From Spirochaetota bacterium (GTDB taxonomy: Bacteria; Spirochaetota; Spirochaetia; Treponematales; UBA12059): a stretch of DNA of 36,010 nt. The notes under the pieces are model-generated. The model saw only the letters and a program-made list of their open reading frames with translations, made no database searches and was not told the DNA's origin. A program made the translations under genes and the position numbers. The stretch is taken from NCBI GenBank assembly GCA_022709445.1, contig JAKLIU010000001.1, positions 1 through 36,010 on the forward strand, read 5' to 3'. Numbering within the stretch: position 1 is the first letter of the stretch; every line of letters begins with the position of its first letter. Shown one piece after another: positions 7,993-14,759 of the stretch.

Positions 7993-8009
7993 GGCATCAG
8001 GCTGATGCC
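7993..8009. promoter_or_regulatory. Perfect 7-3-7 palindrome abutting the Shine-Dalgarno of the 8024 gene
   Basis: ggcatca ggc tgatgcc, immediately followed by AGGAGG. It could be an operator or a 5'-UTR hairpin. Confidence 0.35.
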
Positions 8010-8023
8010 AGGAGGTAATCACC

Positions 8024-8470
8024 ATGAAGAGGTTAATGACCATGGCCGTGTTGCTTGCGACGGGCGCTCTGGTGTTCGCGATGGGTACGAGGCAGTCCAT
8101 GACCGAGGACGAGGCGCTTGCGCTGATCGACCAGAAGATCATCGACATGAACCTGACCCTCGAGGACGCCGATGCCGCCGAGGAGGCGTTCACCGCGATG
8201 ATCGAGGCGAAGGTCCAGGTGCGCAACGCGTTCCGCATCGTTTCGGACGCCCTGGACGGCGGGCTCAAGGCGCGCGAGATGACCGAACTGGCCGTCCAGA
8301 CCAGGCTCAGGATCCAGCAGGGCCTGTCCGCCGGCAGCTGCGAGGACGCGGCCCGGGACATGGTGCGCGAGCGCATCCGGACCATGGAACAGGAGCGGCT
8401 CCAGGACGGCACGGGCGAAGGCGTCCCGGCCGGACCGGGCGTCCCTGCGGGCGGCGGGTCGGGCAAGTAG
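8024..8470 (+). CDS. Small secreted helical protein of unknown function
   Basis: AGGAGG Shine-Dalgarno. Signal peptide MKRLMTMAVLLATGALVFA-MG. Acidic helical body and a Gly/Pro-rich tail. Confidence 0.6.
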   Translation: MKRLMTMAVLLATGALVFAMGTRQSMTEDEALALIDQKIIDMNLTLEDADAAEEAFTAMIEAKVQVRNAFRIVSDALDGGLKAREMTELAVQTRLRIQQGLSAGSCEDAARDMVRERIRTMEQERLQDGTGEGVPAGPGVPAGGGSGK

Positions 8471-8496
8471 CGGAGCATCCGTGAAAAAGGGGGAAG

Positions 8497-8522
8497 ACGC
8501 GCCGGCCAGCCGGCGCGTTTTT
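8497..8522 (+). terminator. Rho-independent terminator between convergent genes, possibly bidirectional
   Basis: 9-bp stem, acgcgccgg with ccggcgcgt, loop ccag, then tttt. It is nested inside a longer imperfect inverted repeat (gcggagca...tgctccgc, 8470-8533). Confidence 0.65.
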
Positions 8523-8562
8523 CATGCTCCGCCCGGGATCGGGCGGGCCGGCGGGGAAGGAC

Positions 8563-9396
8563 TCAGGGCAGGAGCGCGGAGAGTTCGGCGACGGGGGAGG
8601 CGGTGGAGGCGGCCGACCTCAGGGCGGCCACGAAGCCGTCGGGACCGATGCCGGCGGCCGCTGCCCGGGAAGCCAGCCCGGCCAGTTCCGGGTACAGATC
8701 GTCGGGTATGGCGGACCCGGCGATGGCCCGCGCGATGGCGGCGGTGTCCGCGTCGTCGGCGCCCAGGATGGACCTGAGCCCGGCGGCCAGCACGAGCGTG
8801 GCGCCGGCCCTCCGGGGAGAGGATCCGGAGTCGACGGCCCAGGCGATCAAGGACGATACCGCACGTTCCCCGACGCCCAGGGAGAGCGCCCGTTCCGCGT
8901 CCATGAAAAACGTCTCCCGGTGATCCGCCGCCGGCCATGCGCCGCGGTGGGTCAGGCGGGAGAGGAGCTCGAGCCTGGCCAGGGCTTCGGTCGCCCGTTC
9001 CAGGCTGCCGGACGCCCCCGGACCGGCTTCGGAAACCCGGCCGAGCACGGCCTTGAGGACGGATGCGGGAACGCGGTCGTACAGGAGGGCGTCCATCGCG
9101 CGCTTGAGTGCCGCGCGGGAGGCGGCGGGCATGTCCGAGAACGCGGAGCCGTCCAGGATGGAGTCAGAGGGGGAGACGATGGCGACGACGGGATCGTCGT
9201 CCTTGTCCTTCGGAGCCTTTTCCTTGGCGGCCTTGTCCTTGGCAGCCTCGCTCTTGCCGGGAGATTCCGGCTTGTCGCGAACCAGCTCCATGGACACCAG
9301 GTCCTCGCCCGGCCCTGCCGGGAAGGGAGCCTCGGCCCAAGCGGCCGCGGCCGGGATGAGGAAGAGCATGACCAGGAACCGGAACCGTGCGCTCAT
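8563..9396 (-). CDS. Secreted Ala-rich helical-repeat protein of unknown function (paralog 2)
   Basis: ATG at 9396 is preceded by GGGAGGGGAG. Signal peptide MSARFRFLVMLFLIPAAAAWA-EA. A Lys/Asp-rich linker follows, then a region alignable with 5881-6723. Confidence 0.65.
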   Translation of the reverse strand: MSARFRFLVMLFLIPAAAAWAEAPFPAGPGEDLVSMELVRDKPESPGKSEAAKDKAAKEKAPKDKDDDPVVAIVSPSDSILDGSAFSDMPAASRAALKRAMDALLYDRVPASVLKAVLGRVSEAGPGASGSLERATEALARLELLSRLTHRGAWPAADHRETFFMDAERALSLGVGERAVSSLIAWAVDSGSSPRRAGATLVLAAGLRSILGADDADTAAIARAIAGSAIPDDLYPELAGLASRAAAAGIGPDGFVAALRSAASTASPVAELSALLP

Positions 9397-9521
9397 GATC
9401 AGCTCCCCTCCCGGCGCTTCGCCGAACGCGGCTTCCCGAAAACAGCCGCGGGCCGCACCGTACACGAAAGTCTACCGCATGCCGGGCTCTTAATCCAGAG
9501 CTCGCCGGGAGGCCGGCGGCG

Positions 9522-9551
9522 TTGCCCGTCCGGGACGTTCCGTACTAGAAT
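9522..9551 (+). promoter_or_regulatory. Sigma70-type promoter for the 9571 gene
   Basis: TTGCCC, 18 nt, TAGAAT. A GGAGG Shine-Dalgarno and the ATG at 9571 follow. Confidence 0.45.
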
Positions 9552-9570
9552 CGGTCCCGGAGGACACGCC

Positions 9571-10017
9571 ATGAAGGGCAAGCAGGACGTCCCGGAAATG
9601 AACAACGCGGACCTCAAGCGCATGCTGGAGCAGACCATGACCCGCTTCGAGAACTGGCGCGTGGAGGTCGAGCGCAAGCCCAACCCCATGATGGTCCACT
9701 CGCTCAAGAACATCATGTCCATCATCGAGTCGGTCACCTCCATGGCCGACCGGCGCGTGGAGTACTCCTACAAGACCCTGGTCACCCGCATGGCCGAGCT
9801 GGTCAACGAGACCGCGGCGCTCAACATGGCCATCGTGGCCTCGCTCAAGGACGACTCCATCGACGAGCGGGAGCTCAAGCTCATCTCGAACCGGCTCCTG
9901 GCCCTGATCCACGCCGCCGCCGAGCTGGCGCGCATCGTGCAGGACCACTTCGGCACGCCGGAGCTGGCGGCCTCCGCCTCCCGCGACCTGATCCAGGGCA
10001 AGGTGCCCGGGCGCTGA
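9571..10017 (+). CDS. Hypothetical cytoplasmic helical protein (148 aa)
   Basis: It has its own promoter and Shine-Dalgarno, and codon usage like its neighbours. No signal peptide and no motif I recognise. Confidence 0.6.
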   Translation: MKGKQDVPEMNNADLKRMLEQTMTRFENWRVEVERKPNPMMVHSLKNIMSIIESVTSMADRRVEYSYKTLVTRMAELVNETAALNMAIVASLKDDSIDERELKLISNRLLALIHAAAELARIVQDHFGTPELAASASRDLIQGKVPGR

Positions 10018-12237
10018 TCAGGCCTCCCTGGCGCCCAGCCGGTCCACCAGGGCGTCCACTTGGCCCCTGAGCCGCTCCATGTCGGCGCGCACCTGCCTGA
10101 TGAACGGCACGGAGTCCGGGGAGCCAAGCACGGCGCGCAGCTCGTCGTCGTCCCGGAAGGTGGCCTTGCGGAAGCGGTTCTGGAAATCCTTGCTCCTGGT
10201 CAGCCAGACCTGCTCCTCCACGAAGCGCGTGGTCTCCGAGAAGCGCATGAGCTCCTTGATGAAGGTCTCGCGCCAGAGGTCGGGCACGCCCTTGAGCTCG
10301 CAGAGCGTCGCCCAGGCGTGCTGGGCCTTGTCCAGCGGGTACTCTTCCCACAGGGTGGCGTAGGCGCGATGCACGGAGTCCCAGGAGGGCAGCCTGCCGT
10401 CGCGTATCTCGGCGACCAGCCTGTCCACGCGCTCCAGGGGCACGGGCTGGCCGCCCAGGTTCTCCCAGCCGGTGGAGCGGGGGCCTTCGAGCACCTCCCT
10501 GGCGTCCTCGAACCTGGCCTCCGGGCGTTCGGAGAAGTAGCCGACCAGGGTCTTCACGGCGTAGTAGCGGAGCATGTGGCGGTACGCCTTCCAGGCCCGG
10601 CGCGGCTTGAGGATCAGGACCTTGCGCCGGGAATTCTCCACGTCCGGCGCCAGAACCTCCAGGGCATCCACGTCCTCCTTCGGGCCGGAGAGCAGCTCCC
10701 GGCCCCTGGCGCGCAGCTCGTCGTCGGTCAGGGACGCGGCGTTTCCCTCGTTCGCGGCCTGCCACGCCCGCCCCACGTCCCGTTCCAGGAGCTCCAGGGC
10801 CGCGAAGGTCTCCTCGGCCACGTCGGGCGCGAAGGGCGAGAATTCCAGGTTCTGGACCTTGGCCCGGCGCTTGTCGCGGGAGAGGAACTTGGACTCGTTC
10901 CGCAGGAGCGCGTACATGTTGTACATCCACCAGTACGCGGGCATGATCTCCAGCCGGTCGCGCGACGCGTCGTCCGCCACCAGGGCGAAGGGATAGGGCA
11001 TGTCCAGCTCGTAGCGGTAGTCGCCCTTGGCCAGGAGGCAATAGGAGGCGAAGCGGGAGCTGTGCTTGACCGACACCGACAGGCCCGGCCAGAAGCCCCT
11101 GCCCGCCTCGATCTCGCCGTCGTTGGCCCGGGAATTGTGGTTGGACCCGATGGTCGCGCCGGCCGCCATGTTGGACTGCCCCTTGACCAGGGCGGCCACC
11201 AGGAAGCTGGTGTTGTGGTGCTGTTCGTGCGCCGGGAAGATCAGGTTGTTGAGGAGCTCGCAGCAGGAGACGGTGGAGTTGTCGCCCAGCACGGAGTGGA
11301 TTAGCCGGGCGCCGTACTTGAGGGCGGAGTTGGTGCCCATCACGAAACGCACGGCCTTGCACCCGTAGAAGACCCTGCAGCCGTAGCCGACGATGCCGTT
11401 GACCAGCTCCACGCCCTCGCCTATCTGGGTGCGCTCGGCCTCGCTGGAGTTGATGGTCAGGTTCTTGAGCTTGTTCGCGCCCTTGACGTAGGCGCTGTCG
11501 CCGATCTTCACGTCCTTGATGATGCGGTTGCTCTTGATGACGCAGCCGTCCCCGATCGTCCCGTACTCCCCGCGCCTGGGGTCGAAGGCCGACTGGGTCA
11601 TCTCCCTGAAACGCTCCATGAGCGCGCGGTCGCCCCGGCGCCTGGCCCAGAGGTAGGCATCCGCCGCCACCATGCCGTCGAAGGGCAGCACCGAGCGCCC
11701 GCCGGCCTCGTTCATCAGGTCCAGCCAGACCCGTATGTCCTCGGCCTCGCCTTCCTTGAGGATGCCGTTGCCCCACTTGGCGTGGTCCGTGGCGTGGATC
11801 TCGTCGTTGTTCATGAGGATGCAGCGGTCCCCCACGATGTAGTGGGCGATGTACGAGCAGGAGTGGACGGCGCAGTCGTCGCCTATGTCGCAGGAAATCA
11901 GGCGGGAATTGGTCAGGCCCGCGGGGATCATCATGTCATGGTGCTCCAGGACCACCCGCTCCATGCGGCCCAGGCGCACGAGGCCCGCGAACTCGCAGGC
12001 GCGCACCAGCGAGGGGTCGAAGGGCTCCCGGACCAGGATCCTGCCCCAGTCCGGACAGCGGTTGCCGTTCAGTATCAGGGCTTCCACCTCGGCCGGCCTG
12101 AGGGCGCGGTAGGATTCCGCCGGCTTGGATTGCTGCAGGTTCCTCATGCGATGCTCGTCCTCGCCCGCCCCGAGCCAGGCGGGGGGGATGAACCCGCAGC
12201 CGAATTCCCGCTCGCCGTGCACCTGGATGTCGTTCAT
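10018..12237 (-). CDS. DUF4954-family protein with a left-handed beta-helix (hexapeptide-repeat-like) core
   Basis: Hexapeptide-like stretches (IGDGCVIKSNRIIKDVKIGDSAYVKGANKLKNLTINS, IGEGVELVNGIVGYGCRVFYGCKAV). There is also the HEQHHNTSFL...GATIGSNHNSR...GFWPGL segment and a long helical C-terminal half, as I recall for DUF4954. The ATG at 12237 has a GGAGG Shine-Dalgarno. The ATG at 12147 (MRNLQQ...) is an alternative. Confidence 0.75.
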   Translation of the reverse strand: MNDIQVHGEREFGCGFIPPAWLGAGEDEHRMRNLQQSKPAESYRALRPAEVEALILNGNRCPDWGRILVREPFDPSLVRACEFAGLVRLGRMERVVLEHHDMMIPAGLTNSRLISCDIGDDCAVHSCSYIAHYIVGDRCILMNNDEIHATDHAKWGNGILKEGEAEDIRVWLDLMNEAGGRSVLPFDGMVAADAYLWARRRGDRALMERFREMTQSAFDPRRGEYGTIGDGCVIKSNRIIKDVKIGDSAYVKGANKLKNLTINSSEAERTQIGEGVELVNGIVGYGCRVFYGCKAVRFVMGTNSALKYGARLIHSVLGDNSTVSCCELLNNLIFPAHEQHHNTSFLVAALVKGQSNMAAGATIGSNHNSRANDGEIEAGRGFWPGLSVSVKHSSRFASYCLLAKGDYRYELDMPYPFALVADDASRDRLEIMPAYWWMYNMYALLRNESKFLSRDKRRAKVQNLEFSPFAPDVAEETFAALELLERDVGRAWQAANEGNAASLTDDELRARGRELLSGPKEDVDALEVLAPDVENSRRKVLILKPRRAWKAYRHMLRYYAVKTLVGYFSERPEARFEDAREVLEGPRSTGWENLGGQPVPLERVDRLVAEIRDGRLPSWDSVHRAYATLWEEYPLDKAQHAWATLCELKGVPDLWRETFIKELMRFSETTRFVEEQVWLTRSKDFQNRFRKATFRDDDELRAVLGSPDSVPFIRQVRADMERLRGQVDALVDRLGAREA

Positions 12238-12289
12238 GCCGCCTCCGGGGGCGTGCCGCGACGCGTCTCCGCGCCGCCCCGCCCCCTGT

Positions 12290-12318
12290 ACTGTAACCGC
12301 TCGGGCCGGGCTTTTCAA
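12290..12318 (-). promoter_or_regulatory. Sigma70-type promoter for the DUF4954 gene
   Basis: The minus strand reads TTGAAA, 17 nt, TACAGT, about 50 nt upstream of the ATG at 12237. Confidence 0.45.
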
Positions 12319-12413
12319 CGCGGGAGTCGCGTGCCCGCGGCGCTTGACGGCGGCCATGCGCCGCATCCGGCGGCGTGATTGACAAAGCCGCTTGGAAGGT
12401 GACATGGTAGGTC

Positions 12414-12983
12414 ATGGTCAATTCCGTGTACGCCGTGGAAGACCCGGCGGACCTCGACGTGGAGAAAGCAGCCTTCGAGATCTGGCCGCTCCTGGCAGGG
12501 ACCGACAACGCGCTCCTCAGGCGCGAGTACGCGGCCGCCCTGGCGGACATCATCGGGGCTCCCGGGGAGTTCCACAAGTACGTGCGCGGCAACGCCGGGG
12601 ACCTCTCCGCCAGGCGGGCCAGGCTCATCGAGGTGTTCAGGGAGAATTTCCTGCTCCTGATCGGCAAGACCTGGGTGGACCGCCGCGACGAGCGGCGCAA
12701 GGCCTCCACGCTCGACACCCTGGATGCCTTCACGGCGGCCTTCGGGACCGGTGAATACGGCCGCGCCATGGAACGTTTCGCGTCGCTGGCCGCCGACCTT
12801 GCCCTCCTGCTCTTCGGCGAGTCGCCGGAGGACCCGGGCTTCATGGACTACGTGTTCCGCATCGATCCGCGGCTGGGCGTGTTCTACTGGTACGTCGCCC
12901 AGCTGGCCGTGCAGGGCCCCGTTGATCCCGACCTGGCCCAGCTCCAGCTCCTCGTCGCCGTCTACTCCCTCGCCAGCTTCTGA
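12414..12983 (+). CDS. Hypothetical helical protein (189 aa)
   Basis: Clean ORF with neighbour-like codon usage. No signal peptide, TM helix or recognisable motif. A possible TTGACA, 18 nt, CATGGT element ends 5 nt before the ATG. Confidence 0.55.
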   Translation: MVNSVYAVEDPADLDVEKAAFEIWPLLAGTDNALLRREYAAALADIIGAPGEFHKYVRGNAGDLSARRARLIEVFRENFLLLIGKTWVDRRDERRKASTLDTLDAFTAAFGTGEYGRAMERFASLAADLALLLFGESPEDPGFMDYVFRIDPRLGVFYWYVAQLAVQGPVDPDLAQLQLLVAVYSLASF

Positions 12984-13004
12984 CCCGGATAAACGGCAGA
13001 ATCG

Positions 13005-13124
13005 AACCACAGAGACACAGAGACACAGAGAAAACGAGGGGCGGAGAAAAAGGCTGTCGCGCCAGCCTTGCCTATCCCTTCGCCTCGCCTTCCTCCTACT
13101 CTGTGCCTCTGCGTCTCTGTGGTT
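13005..13124. repeat. Imperfect palindromic intergenic element of about 120 nt, with (CACAGAGA)3-type arms
   Basis: The left arm aaccacagagacacagagacacagag (13005-13030) pairs with the right arm ctctgtgcctctgcgtctctgtggtt (13099-13124). There are 24/26 Watson-Crick pairs. The two mismatches become G-U pairs in a minus-strand transcript. An inner 7-bp hairpin, aaggctg with cagcctt, lies near 13050-13069. Confidence 0.6.
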
Positions 13125-13170
13125 GTCTTTCCGTCCAAACTACTACGGCAATCCGCATTCCACACTAGAG

Positions 13171-14640
13171 CTAAGCGTTCTCCAGGGCCCAGGAGAGGGC
13201 GTCCTGCAGCATGGACTGCGGGGGCCTCCGGACGTGGCCGTCGTCGATGAGGGCGCGGAACATGGCCCTGGAGGACGCGATGTCCGCCTCCGCGCGGGCC
13301 AGGACCTCCCCGGGTGCCGGCGTTTCCCTGGCCAGGCCCTCCTTGACGGCCTGCGCGGCCACGTCGGCGGCCTCCCGCGGGAACAGCCCCTCGTCCTCCA
13401 TGGCGGGCATGATGTCCTCCGGCGTGATGCCCGCCGGCCGGTTCCTGGCGAAGTCCGCCAGGGAGTGGGCGCAGCGTATCGCCATGCCGTCCGAGATGCC
13501 CGTGGCCCTCACCAGCAGGGCGCCCTTCAGGATTCCCGGGAAGCACACGGAATTGTTCACCTGGTTGGGGAAGTCCCCGCGGCCGGTGGCCACGATGAAG
13601 GCGCCTTCCTCCCTGGCCGCGTGCGGCCAGATCTCCGGCACCGGGTTGGCGCAGGCGAAGACGATGGCCTTGCTCGCCATGGAGCGGACCCAGGACCGCT
13701 TGACCGTGTCGGGACCGGGTGCGGAGAGGGCGATGAGGGCGTCAGCCCCCTTCAGGGCGTCCTCGGGGCGGTCGATGCGGCCGGGATTGGTCAGTCGCGC
13801 CAGTTCCCACTGCCGGTAGGCCTCCGGGTCGTCCCGCAGGTCCCCACGGCCGGCGTGCAGGCCTCCGGCACGGTCGAACAGGACTATCCCGGCCGGGTCG
13901 CCCCCGTCCGCCATGATGAGCCGGGCGATGGTGGTGTTGGCCGCGCCGGCCCCCAGGAGCACGATGCGCGACCCGGATAGCCGCTTGCCGGCCAGTTCCA
14001 GGGCGTTCAGGAGCCCGGCCAGGGTCACGCAGGCGGTTCCCTGGGCGTCGTCGTGCCACACCGGTATGCCGCAGCCCTCCCTCAGGCCGTCCAGCACGCG
14101 GAAACAGTTGGGCTGGCTGATGTCCTCCAGGTTGACCGCGCCGAAGCTGTGCCTGACCATGCGCACGAAGTCTATGACCCGGTCCGGGTCGTTCCGGCCC
14201 CGGCTGTCGCGGCTGTCGATGCACAGGGGCACCGCGTCCACCCCGCCCAGGTACTTCATGAGGAAGGCCTTGCCCTCCATGACCCCGAGCCCTCCGGGAG
14301 GCGTGACGTCGCCGTCGCCCAGCACCCGGGTGGAGTCGCTGACCACGGCCACGGTGTTGCCCCGCCCGGATAGCCTGAACGACTCGTCGGCGCCGTCGCG
14401 TATGGCCGTGGAGACGGCCGAGACGCCCGGCGTGTACCACACGTTGAACCAGGCGGGCCCGTAGAGCCCGCAGCGGGGCGCGGTCTGGAGCTTTCCGCCG
14501 TAGAATCCGTGGGCGTCTTCTGATAGCTTCCTGTAGAAGAGGGTCTGCGCCCGGGCGCGGCGATCGGGATCGGGGATCCTTGCCGCGAGTATTCCGCTCA
14601 AGTTTCCCAGGCTGATGTCGATAGTATCGTCGAGGGGCAT
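13171..14640 (-). CDS. NAD(P)-dependent malic enzyme (short, about 490-aa type)
   Basis: YTPGVSAVSTAI, VAVVSDSTRVLGDGDVTPPGGLGVMEGKAFLMKYLGGVDAVPLCID, FGAVNLEDISQPNCF, PVWHDDAQGTA and LLGAGAANTTIARL. The ATG at 14640 has a GGAGGA Shine-Dalgarno. Confidence 0.88.
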   Translation of the reverse strand: MPLDDTIDISLGNLSGILAARIPDPDRRARAQTLFYRKLSEDAHGFYGGKLQTAPRCGLYGPAWFNVWYTPGVSAVSTAIRDGADESFRLSGRGNTVAVVSDSTRVLGDGDVTPPGGLGVMEGKAFLMKYLGGVDAVPLCIDSRDSRGRNDPDRVIDFVRMVRHSFGAVNLEDISQPNCFRVLDGLREGCGIPVWHDDAQGTACVTLAGLLNALELAGKRLSGSRIVLLGAGAANTTIARLIMADGGDPAGIVLFDRAGGLHAGRGDLRDDPEAYRQWELARLTNPGRIDRPEDALKGADALIALSAPGPDTVKRSWVRSMASKAIVFACANPVPEIWPHAAREEGAFIVATGRGDFPNQVNNSVCFPGILKGALLVRATGISDGMAIRCAHSLADFARNRPAGITPEDIMPAMEDEGLFPREAADVAAQAVKEGLARETPAPGEVLARAEADIASSRAMFRALIDDGHVRRPPQSMLQDALSWALENA

Positions 14641-14657
14641 CGGATCCTCCGCGCTCG

Positions 14658-14687
14658 AGTATACGCCGGATCGTCCCCTGCCCGCAA
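14658..14687 (-). promoter_or_regulatory. Sigma70-type promoter for the malic enzyme gene
   Basis: The minus strand reads TTGCGG, 18 nt, TATACT. A 17-nt leader containing GGAGGA follows. Confidence 0.4.
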
Positions 14688-14759
14688 ACGAACTTCGCCG
14701 CCGATGCGGCGGAGTCCCGGCGGGTCGCCCAGGCCAGAGGAAGGAACAGGTCGCCAGGC

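Noticed and set aside
7900-8478. In-frame 193-codon N-terminal extension of the ECF sigma ORF
   Set aside because: The extension is Ser/Ala/Pro-rich and is antisense to the well-supported secreted-protein gene at 8024-8470. It would also cross the promoter and palindrome region. Sigma region 2 begins right after the ATG at 7899.
9881-11776. 631-aa minus-strand ORF and 414-aa plus-strand ORF (10060-11304) inside the DUF4954 gene
   Set aside because: These are alternative frames or strands of a gene with a coherent beta-helix repeat pattern. Their translations are Arg/Gly/Pro-rich.
12238-12405. Upstream extension of the DUF4954 ORF (MSPSKRLCQSRRRMRR...)
   Set aside because: It is Arg-rich, spans the predicted promoter at 12290-12318, and has no Shine-Dalgarno. 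The ATG at 12237 has GGAGG.
13005-13030. (CACAGAGA)3 as a possible CRISPR array or simple microsatellite
   Set aside because: There are only three 8-nt units, with no spacers and no cas genes. The units are mirrored by an inverted copy 68 nt away, so this is one arm of a palindromic element.
13068-13250. 60-aa ORF (MPIPSPRLPPTLCLCVSVVVF...) and neighbouring short ORFs across the repeat
   Set aside because: They are generated by the palindromic repeat sequence and run into the malic enzyme 3' end on the opposite strand. None has a Shine-Dalgarno.
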